Positions 36,385 to 47,159 of a stretch of DNA of 64,000 nucleotides are shown here, one piece after another; within the stretch, counting starts at the first letter, position 1; the number at the start of each line of letters is the position of its first letter. This DNA comes from Psammoneis japonica. Lineage: Eukaryota. The stretch lies in contig QPGO01000028.1 in assembly GCA_008632985.1 (NCBI GenBank), forward strand, positions 1-64,000, written 5' to 3'. Made by a program: the position numbers and the translations under genes. Under the pieces are notes generated by a model that was not told the origin of the DNA, ran no database searches, and saw only the letters and a list, made by a program, of their open reading frames with translations.

Positions 36385-37593
36385 TTAATCAGACCCGTCT
36401 CCGGCACTCTCGTCAGTCTTACTACTTCGTTTCAGCAGGTTCACCAACGTTTCCCGACTCCCGTCAATTTCGCTCCCAGCATCATGGAGCTTCATGCGCA
36501 ATGTCGCAACACTCATACTTTCAATGTTGTCTTCATCTTGGTCGAAATCTGTAGGTGTGAGAGCAGAAACCATCATCTCCCTGAGCAAGTTGGGTGAATC
36601 AAGCTGCTTGAAAGCCTCCGATTGCATCACGTTCTCGTTGTTGGTCGCAAAGTAGTTCAGGGTGACTTCCTTGAGAAGGGCGCAGTTCTTGCCGTCGGCG
36701 TAGAGAAGAAGGTCTACAACATTGTCGTCCGTAATTGCGGACTCCGCAATCATGGCCTCGACGCGAAGCTTAAGGTTAAGACACTCATACTTGTCAGCAA
36801 GATCAAGTAGCATCTTCATTGCACCCGTTCCCCTATCCATGAAAAGTGCTGGAATGTCATCCGAATAAAGATAGTGAAGGAGCGCTTCGAAAATAGATGG
36901 ATCGATTTCACCCATCTCGACCACCTGCTGAGCTTTATTTCCAAGCACTTCAGAGAGTCCGGGGGCACGAGTAGCAAGAACAATTCTGTGAGCATAAAAG
37001 TGTTTGCCACCGACAGAGAAAGTAATGTCCGAGAAAGACTTGGAGTTGAGGGCGTCTTTCATGTCCTCTTTCAGCGTCCCGGTGGGACACCATATCTTTG
37101 AGGCATCTTGAACAATCTGAATATTGACCTTGACGGTAAGGGTACCGTCATAATCAACAAATTGGTTGGCTTGATCAAGTACCGTGGCGCGCTCTTCAAA
37201 ACTACTCCATCCCAAAGGAACGTTTTTGTCGTTTGCTTTCCATGTATGTTTGGCCTTATAGTTTTTGTTTCCAGCACGTAATGAGAATTCTGTCTTCACA
37301 GATTCACCGTTTGTGTCGACTAGCACCAAGTAAATGGAAACGTGAGTTGTGCCTTCATTAGAGAAGTCGTCGCCTCGCGGGTAAAGGTGCAGTTTCCATA
37401 GATATCCATGGCAAGGAAGCGATGGGCTTTCGACAACCTCACCGCGCTTTTGTTGGAGATTCGCGAAATCTACAAACCTGAAGCGAATGGCATGCTTTGC
37501 AGAGCGGTCTTTCTTTGCTCCCACGTCAACAGAAGCCACAAGTTGTTCGTTGTTCCTAAAGTTGTTCCCAAAGTTGTTTCCAAAGTTGTTCAT
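36385..37593 (-). CDS. MATH-BTB/POZ-SAP domain protein (intact, 402 aa)
   Basis: CHGYLWKLHLYPRG, SDITFSVGGKHFYAHRIVLATRAP and MSVATLRMKLHDAGSEIDGSRETLVNLL. Confidence 0.92.
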   Translation of the reverse strand: MNNFGNNFGNNFRNNEQLVASVDVGAKKDRSAKHAIRFRFVDFANLQQKRGEVVESPSLPCHGYLWKLHLYPRGDDFSNEGTTHVSIYLVLVDTNGESVKTEFSLRAGNKNYKAKHTWKANDKNVPLGWSSFEERATVLDQANQFVDYDGTLTVKVNIQIVQDASKIWCPTGTLKEDMKDALNSKSFSDITFSVGGKHFYAHRIVLATRAPGLSEVLGNKAQQVVEMGEIDPSIFEALLHYLYSDDIPALFMDRGTGAMKMLLDLADKYECLNLKLRVEAMIAESAITDDNVVDLLLYADGKNCALLKEVTLNYFATNNENVMQSEAFKQLDSPNLLREMMVSALTPTDFDQDEDNIESMSVATLRMKLHDAGSEIDGSRETLVNLLKRSSKTDESAGDGSD

Positions 37594-38346
37594 GGTGCTA
37601 CCTTTCTTCGATCAAAGGATTGCAATGAGCTTTGTGTGCTAAACAAACAGTGTGTGTCGGGAGCCTGCAGCGTGGAATCTCCATCATTTTCAGCTATCGA
37701 GTTGTCCGTGAATTGGAAAGAAGACGTTTGTGTTTGGTGACACCTGTGCTGGTATTTGTATTCAATGTTGATGCCTATTGTGCGTTTGAATCGTGCGAGA
37801 TTCAGTCGTGTGTGACAAAAACGTCGCATACGTCGCGAGATTATCTGAAAGAGGTCGCTGATTACCGTAGGTGAGATCATCCAAATTAGAAAAGGATACT
37901 CGAAACGGAGTTTGTCAGTGAGTCTCCGACCATTTCAAGTGCCTGTAGGCTATGTGTGATTATTCGGTCACTTTCGCACTTGGCGTGTTGCGCGAGAACC
38001 AGTGGCCCTACTACTTCGGATGAAACCAAGGCCCGTTCTCTAGTTCAATAAACATTTCAAGCCGATGATTCTGTCCCAGCTACTCAGATACTTTGCAGAT
38101 GGCAGGTACTAGACATCACTTTTGCTTGATCTACGTTGCGAGACGATAACCCAGATGGCGTCAACAAAGACACGACACAAAATCCAATGAACCGAATTCA
38201 ATCGCCTTAATGTTCGTGAATCTTTTTTCCTATTTCTTAGAACGACGAGAAAGAAAGTATGAAATCTTGCTGTGTTTCTTTGACTGTTGTCCTTCGCTAT
38301 TCACCGAAATCGCCTCGCCGTGAGAAGCGTGTGTCAAACAAAACTT

Positions 38347-39327
38347 TCACTGTCTAAGCAACTTCACTCCGTCTTCCAAGTGCCTGGTGAATCGACGTGA
38401 TGCTTTCTTGGGATCCACATGTTCCAATTTCCGAAACAACTCCATTCGTTGATCATCTCTCTCTACACGTCTCGCCTTCAGCCGCACTTTCAACCAAGTT
38501 TCTTTGTCACCAGACGGAATGAGTTCCACATGTTGCTTCATTTCCCACAGTTTGGATGGAATGTACTTTATTGTTTGTTTCAAACGCTTTACGGGATATG
38601 CTGTCATGACACGTGGCTTTCCGAGGAGGTCTTCCGTTGCGGCGAGTTGTTTCTCTGGCGGGAGCGCAAGATCTTCTGGATGTTTTTGACCGAAACCCGA
38701 AACGGTTCTGACTGAAGACAAAAGTTCGGCGGCCGCAATATCTTCACTCGTTAAAAATGATTTCTGAGCATCCACTTCCTTGATGCTACATTGGATTTGC
38801 GGTTTTGATGGTTCCACTGGAGCCACAATAGCCGTCTGTGACTGTTCTCGAGAGGCACTTGCTACTCCTGACGAGCTGTAATTCTTCTCCGTGGTTGCTG
38901 TTCGCAACTCTATTTCAGGCAACAAGACTTTTTGTTTTGCAGGCTCAATCGCCATCGACGGCGACGACAGTTGATTTCGCGCACCTCTATTCCCTTTTGG
39001 CGTTTCTGCTCTTCGGTATACATAATCCCGTAATGCCTGTTTGATTTTCATGAGGGCTCGCTCCGTGCTGATTTCCTTCCATTGAGTTGATTCAGACACT
39101 TCCAAGAACCTCCCCTGCCTTGCACGTATGTCATTCAGAATTCGATGGGCAATGGCATTCTTGACATGCCGTTTTGGTGCCGCCTCATAGGTGGACTTGA
39201 AGCTTCGAACGAGCTGTATGAATTGACGATTCCCGGCATGGTCTCGAAGGGCTCTTCCTCGACCCAATAACACATCATTACTGTTGGGTAGTATCTCTTT
39301 GAATAATAACTGAGTTGGCTTTTGCAT
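38347..39327 (-). CDS. DUF6824-domain protein
   Basis: PNSNDVLLGRG...HAGNRQF...GRFLE...W..I...A..KIKQALRD signature of the diatom DUF6824 family. Confidence 0.8.
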   Translation of the reverse strand: MQKPTQLLFKEILPNSNDVLLGRGRALRDHAGNRQFIQLVRSFKSTYEAAPKRHVKNAIAHRILNDIRARQGRFLEVSESTQWKEISTERALMKIKQALRDYVYRRAETPKGNRGARNQLSSPSMAIEPAKQKVLLPEIELRTATTEKNYSSSGVASASREQSQTAIVAPVEPSKPQIQCSIKEVDAQKSFLTSEDIAAAELLSSVRTVSGFGQKHPEDLALPPEKQLAATEDLLGKPRVMTAYPVKRLKQTIKYIPSKLWEMKQHVELIPSGDKETWLKVRLKARRVERDDQRMELFRKLEHVDPKKASRRFTRHLEDGVKLLRQ

Positions 39328-40002
39328 AGATGATTGATAGCAAATTATGAGACAAGCATGTTTCAAAGAAGAGAGATTGACAAGATTTGTGAGCAAGATT
39401 GTCAACGTCCGCGATTATTTGAGATTAGATTTGGATTGACACGAATGAAGAATGAACACGATAACGGTCTGCGTGTCGCGCGACGTCTATCAACGGACGA
39501 CGACGGACGACGACGGACGAGGGGTCGATAGAGTTTAGTTTCTCATTTCCCCCCCTGCCTTCTTACTTTCTTCTTTGTCATTCGTTTATTGAGCTTCATT
39601 CACATTGGTTAAAATGCCACCCTTTCGTCCACACGCATTACTTAGAAATCTCTTTTTTTCCATTTCCGGGCAATGCCGGAGCATCATGAATTCTGATTTG
39701 AATCTTAGTGCTTGCGTTTTTTGAGCCATCGCTTCAGCTCAGTGTTTGCCGAGGAGGACAGGAGCACGAGTCCACAGCAAATAGAGTAAGCCTGGAATAC
39801 AGCCAGTGGAATCTTTAGTCTCGTTTGCGCTCTTCAGATAGCAAGAGCACGCGGCATTTCCGTTGCCTCTGCCTGATGCACTTTTGTCGCCAAGTAAAAG
39901 CACATCCAATGGCATTAAGGGGAAAGTTCATGTCAACAATGGTTAAAGCTTTTACCATCAACATTTAGCTTTCTTGCCGCAGGAAACAGTGCGGCATTGT
40001 AG

Positions 40003-40485
40003 TCACGGAGAGGTGGTCAGCAAGGAAACACTGGGAACCCAGCGATCATCCACTGGCTGCCAGAGTATGAGATTGGCGATAATCACCAAGAATGGCGCCA
40101 TCCCAAGCCATTTGAATTTCGTCGAGAGATGCCCCCACTCTTGATATGCGACGAACGTCGTCCACACTCCGACACACAACGCCGGAACTGCAAACAGTCC
40201 AAACACGAGCCAGCCCCAAACGAGATAATCCCAGCCACACGCAAAGCCAAGATATGGACAGAAAAAGAGGATCAAGGACCAAGGAGCCACAATAGATGCA
40301 CAGAATAATTGAAAGAAGCGAACCGCCAAGACGTGAATGCGGTATTCGGGTGGTGTCACGACGTCACGTTGTTGTTCTTCGGTGTTGATTGCAATTTCTT
40401 CTCCATCTTCTGATGAGGATATCTCGAGGAACGACGTTGTCAACAAGGGCTCAGAGCCATCATTATGAATGGGATCCACCTCCAT
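40003..40485 (-). CDS. Small multi-pass membrane protein, unknown function
   Basis: 160-aa ORF with an acidic N-terminus and three hydrophobic segments. Confidence 0.5.
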   Translation of the reverse strand: MEVDPIHNDGSEPLLTTSFLEISSSEDGEEIAINTEEQQRDVVTPPEYRIHVLAVRFFQLFCASIVAPWSLILFFCPYLGFACGWDYLVWGWLVFGLFAVPALCVGVWTTFVAYQEWGHLSTKFKWLGMAPFLVIIANLILWQPVDDRWVPSVSLLTTSP

Positions 40486-41001
40486 AACTGCTGTTTGATC
40501 GACCGAATGTGTTCTAAAGCGCCGCTGCAGCTACTTTGCTGAAATACTGTGTATGACAGAGACTGTTCGTAGACTATTTCTGTTCATGTTTCGTGTCTCG
40601 TCCCCGCATTGAGTCGGACTATTCGTTTCAGTGTGACCTCTCATGGCGGGTTTCACTCTACAGTAGATGATTCATTCACGGCGGAGCGAATTCTATCCCA
40701 CTGTGAGCAGGAGTAGAGCTGACATCGTCTAGTCTAGCAGCAGCCTCTCTAGTTGGAAGGTGTTTAGTGTGGTCTCAACAGTTGCTATGAGGCTTGCCAA
40801 TTTAAACAATATCTCCTTTAAATTAAAGTCTCAATCACTGGCAGCACCCCGACACCTCAATCCCCAGCTGCACCCGCGTCAGAATAGAAGTATTAACGAC
40901 AATCGACAATGTGACCTGAGAATATCCCAGAAAATAGGGAACATACAGAGCAAAGTAATGTACAAACAATTTTTTTTTCGAAAGCCCAGTTGTACGAGGG
41001 A

Positions 41002-43115
41002 TCACGGAGTACAACACTCTGCTGCACTCTCTTCCTGAACCACCGAGCAGCTTGAAATTATATCTACATTTGTGGTCCCGTTCGGCGCAATCCCAAGGTT
41101 CGAGAAAAACTCAATCTAACGCATCATTCATGAACGAGACACAAGTTAGAAAAAAGAGCAAAGGACGAATCAACAATGGATGCAAAAATAAACTTACATG
41201 GAAACAAGTCGTAGTCTGATTCAGTGTCGGAGAAAATACCAGACGATCCGGTACGGGAAGAAGATCGTTCGTGCCACCACACAGTCGACAAAAGGTGCGA
41301 GGGTTTTCGACTTGAGGGCATCCACAATATGCACCAATCCCCAAGCAGGCAGGACAGATAAACTAAAGCGAGGATCGGACCGTAGGAGGGAAAAGGCGAT
41401 TCCCGAAATGTCCTCGCACGCAATTCCTGGAATGATCTCCCGCGATAGATTTCCAGGCACACGAGTGGGTCCACCGGGCTCACATATACGACAAAACGTG
41501 CCCTCGGATGGGCACATGCAAATTTCTTCGCCAATAAATCCGGCCGTGAGACAATCGCTAGCCGTGGACTTTCGAACCTTGACTTGCTCTTGAAGATCAC
41601 CGCAAGTTACCGGAAACCACGGTCGACACGAACAAGCGTGTCCTCCTGCGATTCGTCAATGAAACTCCCGTCCGGACAGAGAGTGTCACAAAAGTTTTCA
41701 CAACCGCAATCGGTCGCAAATGCCTGGAATTCCTCTTGGCATTGATCAGAATCAATAGTCACATTGGATGCGGCCAACTCCAACTCGGCACACGTCAAAC
41801 CAGACTCGGACAAGAAAAGGTTGGGCGCAGTTACCGGGCTGCCATCGAGACACACGGTGCATGGCTGAGGGGCCGGTGCAGGAGCATTATTCGAAGCATC
41901 CGGACAACCACAAGATGGTGCGAGAGGTTGAATCCGCTCTTTGCAAATACTGCTGTCAAACGTAGCCTTTGCCACCAATTCCAATACACCACACGTTAAA
42001 TCCAATTCCTCCAAAACAATAAACTTATCCATATCAGGCACAGGGCTGCCATCGGGACAAAGTGTGCACATAAATTCGATTGTAGGGGATGCCGTTGGAG
42101 GCGCAGGGGCAACGGTTGGTGTCAATTCATCCATGGGCGGGAGCTCCACTGTAAAGGGAATCAATGTCGGTGATGACTGCGGAACACCTCTTGCAATACG
42201 GTTTTGCGCCATGCCTACATTATCTCCATAATAAATCTCATAAAAGCCACCAACCAATCCATCACCGCCGGCATCTGTAATGTTATAAACGCAATCACTC
42301 CCGCTACAACTTCGTTGGTGACTTGCATGCGAAAGCTCGGAATCAATACGCCAATGGGCAAAAACGCATACGACCCTTCTGGTACACTCTGAATTTCCTT
42401 CCTTCACATTCTAATTTCCATCCAGTCTCTTGAGGGGCTTTATCGAGCTGTATTACCAAGGTAACTGTTCCGGTTGCAGTGGGTGCCGGACTCGACGTTG
42501 GTGACATTGTATCCACAGGATTATCGCCACCACCGCTGGACCGTGTTCCGATATACACCCACAATAATCCCAATCAAGGCCAAAATGGATAATATCAACA
42601 ACACCATTACGTCTTTTCTCTTGTACCACGGTTTGTATTCCACAGCCTTGGCCGCCATGACCGGAAGATTCTCGTCGTTGTCTTGTGGTCGTCCTCCGTC
42701 TGGGTCTCGCACAACGTGATTGGCTTCCTCATCATCTTGTACTAAAAAGGCTTGTACGACATTGCTTTGACTCAATTGCTCAACGTTGGATCCGGTGGTG
42801 CTCGTCGTGCCTCATCGGCTGCTGCAATACCCGGAACATTCTCGGCACCCGGCAGAGATGGTGTGGAGCGGTCGACAAGCTCGTTATTTTCGGCGTAGGG
42901 AGAAAATTGACCCAAGGACAATTTATATTCATCGTCCTTATTGTCTCCTACTGCTATCGGTTTATTACTTCGGCTTCATCCTTGGTCTCTTCTACTACTT
43001 CCTTGGTGGTGGGCGCTGCCAAAGTAGCTGCTGCGACATTGATTATTGCGGGTGATGAGGTGTCTTCATCTAATTCTTTGGCATCCTCGTCATCAGGCTC
43101 CTTTCCGGGTGGCAT
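41002..43115 (-). CDS. Inverted paralog of the Cys-rich membrane protein (multiple frameshifts)
   Basis: Shares AAKAVEYKPWYKR, DTMSPTSSPAPTA, GVPQSSPTLIPFTVELP, the Cys modules and the final intron position with 33635-36014. Confidence 0.8.
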
Positions 43116-43329
43116 GATGCTTGACTCGATTTTTATTAGGCACAAAACACGAACAACGCCAGAGCTATCATCACACCTGCGCCGATTTCAAGACGAATGA
43201 GACGACTTCTCCATTTCGGTTGGGAGTTGGGGATGGTCAAAAAAGTGATCGTATGAAAAAGTATCAAAACATATAGTCATGTAGATATTGAATTCAGCCA
43301 CTAGCTAGAATTTCCCTCCAAAGTGACGT

Positions 43330-45280
43330 CAGAGAAGCTTTTTTGAAGCGCGCCGTCGCGCGAATCCTCAACAGCTGCACAGCAATGCTCCATGCTGGCG
43401 GTTGCCCTGCTGCTGCTAGCACTCTGCTCCACCCCCAGATAACACGGCAAGCTGACCAAGATCCCTGCATCCATGCAGCAATGACACTAGAGTCTCAACC
43501 CGTTCTGCGTGTTTGGAAATGAAATCCTGAGAAAAGGTGAGGTGTGCTGCAAGAAGAAGAGCAAAAAAGCGGCCACACTTGAAGCCAAGCTGTTCTCGGA
43601 CACATGCCATCATTGTTCTCTTGCAGATGGTGTCAATGCTGCATGCAGACCATTCTCATTCCTTGTTTCCTGGCACATGGTCTGTGCAAGGTGATGGTGT
43701 GGAGAGTCGCTCCGGCTTTGCCTCTTGGTCGTGCCCACGTGCCCATCTGCCCAGTCCTCCCGACGGGGGATCTGCTCCTTTTGCTGTGACGTGGTGTGCC
43801 ATCTGCTCAACACAGAGGATCATTGTCTGTGGGTCCAACATCACACAGATTCCCACCCATGATGTCTGGAGTGCACCATGTTGGCTGTGACCGCAGAATC
43901 TCCGTGAGCATCGCACACAAAATCTGTTCTTTTTTGTCCATGGGAGCAGAGGAGAGCTGCACCCAACATGAGAGAAATGCCGCAAAAGGAGGTCAAGGCA
44001 CCCCCACCACCTTGCAAGCAGCCAGACCACATGCCGTTGCCTGCCAGCTTTTCCACATCTTGAAGTGCTTGTGGACCTTTCTTTTTTTTTTTGACTCACA
44101 TTGCTTCCCCATCTCTTTTTTGTCTCTCTCCTTTGGTCATGGTGTGCCAGGCGCAACAACATGCCCCAGCTGCAAGTGGGGTGCTGCAGCAGGGGACTGT
44201 GGCACATCTTGCAACTTTGGATGAAGTTTTGCACACAATTCTTGGACAATCTGTTCAACAACGTTTTGCATTTTTTTGTTCCTCTGCACTCTCTGGAGAG
44301 AGCACAAACATGAAAAAAAGGACTTTGAAGTCTCTGCATGTGTGTGGAGGCGTGGTGGCATTGCAAACATGGGCTGCAAGCAAGCTGTGTTATCAGCACT
44401 GTTGACAATGCTTTTGTTGTGTCAGACAACACATGATGCTGATCAGCAGACAAGCGAGGCAAGTTTCTGCGTGTGTGCACAAAAAAAGCACCAAAGAACC
44501 AAAAGTGGTCACACAGGTGTTGAGCTCAAAATCCCCCTCCAAAAGTGATGTCAGAGACTGTGAGACATGCTCCTCTGTTGCACAAATCATCAACAGCAAT
44601 GTTGGAGCTGAGCATGCAATTTTGCAGCAGAGGCAGCAGATGCAGCACTCTGTTCCTCATCCATGACAAAGACCACAGCAGCACAAAAAAAGAGAAGAGC
44701 AGCAGCAAACTGTGGCAACAATGTGTGAGTCAGATGTTTTTGGTGCACCAAGGTGATCACAAAGCAGAGTGAAGATTCTTTGCAAGGCTCAAGTGTGCTG
44801 GAGTGTTGTCTTCCTGGCACCAGGCTTGCTGCTGTTGGATGATTTTCCCAGAGAGCTCTGCTTGTGATTTTGGTCATTCCCCACACCCTGTGATGACATG
44901 GGGTCAATGGCAAGAACAAACTCTGCAAATGTAACACCTTGGAAGCTGGTTTGGCAACTCATGGTGACACTCATTGCAGTTTCAAATAGCTGCGGCAGAG
45001 TTGCTGTGTCTGTTGGAAGACATGCTTCTCATGAAGTCAACAGACCAGATTTGGTGGCCAAAAGATGGCAGAATCTTTCAGCTTGACACTTCCATGTCTG
45101 AGTGGAGCCAAGTTGCTTGGGGATCTTTCAAATGGCTAGGCTGAGTGCAAAATGGCTCTGGGCAACCTGTGTTCTTGTCTGTGCAACCTTGCCACAGCTG
45201 CGATCCTCAATTACCGCCACGTACCAGCATGTGGCAGCTTTGACAGACCTGAATTCAGACCTGGAACAAAAAGGATGGTC
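43330..45280. other. TA/CG-depleted hypermutated domain D4
   Basis: About 1 TA counted by eye in 43500-44920. TG/CA-rich. More CG survives at the left edge. Confidence 0.85.
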
Positions 45281-45509
45281 TTAAAATAAAACAATTCATT
45301 TATCACGACCCCTTCCTGTGCTGTGCGTTAAGTGCATGCACTGTGGACGCCGGTATATGTAACTACTACTTCTACCGTATATAATTTGTCTGTAAGGAGT
45401 GCAACTTGTGCTCTTTTTCTTCCAACTAAGCTTCACTTTGACAAGCTTTGTACATCGCATACGCTGTCGCTGGATCTCGAAAACCAAAGCTGTCTCAATA
45501 ATAACATAC

Positions 45510-46818
45510 TTAACCAAACAGAACGACACCGACACTCAAGTTGCGCTGAACATTCTTTTGCGCCTTGGTAGCGTGCCTGCTCACCAAAACACGTCATTCC
45601 CATCATCGGATCCCTTCAAATTTGGCAGCAAACTCATCACTCGTAAGGCCACTGTTGAGGTTTTCACCACCGCAATTGCCATACCGCCACAGAATACGAG
45701 AATTCCAGCGGTGGGATCACTGCCATCCATGGAACCGTACGATTTTGCAGTGTCGAACGCATCACCAAGTGCAGATGCATACCCGGTTTTGGGACCGTCC
45801 CCAGAATCCATACACGAGTTTGGATCCCTCTGGGATTGGAGTGAAGAAGTCTACGTACTTCTCCTCACCACCAAAGGCGGCACAGTGGCATGTGACGTAT
45901 TCAGCACCTCCAACTGCGGAAGAGACTTGTTCACAACTCCAGCAGCTGGTTGTTTGATTCCAATCGGTTTTTGGGCAGTTTGCGGAAGAACCAAGCCACC
46001 ATTTTCGTACTGTTCCCGGACTTCTTCTCCGAGCCAATCAAAAACCCAATCCGCAGCAGGCTTGTCATCAATTTCGAACACTCGACGTCCTTCTGTTTTG
46101 TAGCCGTGGCGTGCTTCCCCGTTGTTTTGTAGGGACCCAACATACTAGCACCGAACTTGACCGATTCTCCAATACCAACCAGGCTGACACCGGTACCGGA
46201 TACACCCTCATTTGACATGACAGCCCACGCACCGGCTAATTCATCATCGGCAGCCGTACCACCAAATACAGGTACGTCGGGGAACTCGGTAGCGAGTGCC
46301 TCAAGGACCCCTTCTTCGGCTCCAGGCGTGGCCGACATGTAAATGGCTTGAGGATTCGCCATTTTCGATTTGAGAGCCTTGGCGGCAGTCGCACCATCCT
46401 CTGGATGATATGCTGTTTGGAAGGAACCTTTTTCCCCCGCAAGGAGCAGGCACCCCACAGCGCCCTCGTTGGCTCCGCTCGTAGTCGTAAGGATGGCACC
46501 CGACGAAGTAATGCCGTGGATCAGTGTCCCCTCGGGCAACTGCTTGACGAATTCGGACCGGACTGACTCGGAATCCCTCTTGACTGTTGAAGAAATAAAA
46601 GCAATCGTCGGGTTTGGGCATTTTTTCAAGGCGTCCTTCGCAGCCTCGCGAACCGCTGGAATCGTGTCCTCGTGGCTAGAAATCCCAAATCCAGCCTGCG
46701 TAAAGAGTGCAGTTGATGGTCGTCTGGTCGAGCCAAGAACATTGGGGTGCTGTATTACCCAAGCATGAGTAGACCACAAACCAAGAAAGACAAGTAGGCT
46801 GCGGAAAGTAGGATGCAT
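45510..46818 (-). CDS. FIST N/C domain protein with signal peptide, probably plastid-targeted (several frameshifts)
   Basis: IHGITSSG, VPVFGGTAADD, EGRRVFEIDDKPA, IFCGGM-like and TCFGEQ...RNLS motifs spread over shifting frames. THA-W bipartite-like cleavage site. Confidence 0.8.
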
Positions 46819-47159
46819 CATTGTTCACATAAAGGAGATGAAGTCAAAATAGTCAAGCGATCAAGCGATCTTCTGATCTTTTTCGTGTTGAACCGGATCT
46901 TGCATGTGTATGCGCGTGCGTGAGAAAAAAATCTGTTGGCAGCACAAGAACCTACAACGTGATAGGCCAGGATACAGCGCGATGGATCCGCGACCACCCA
47001 AGGCCAACACGAGTGAAAAAAGACGAGGATGAAAACCAGATAAATCAGGAGAGAAACGGCACTAGAATCGAGAAGAAGAACGATCCGAACAACATGGACA
47101 TGCCCAATTGTTTGGGACATTGGTCAACACCTTGGCGAAACTGCAGGAAAGTAATTAGA

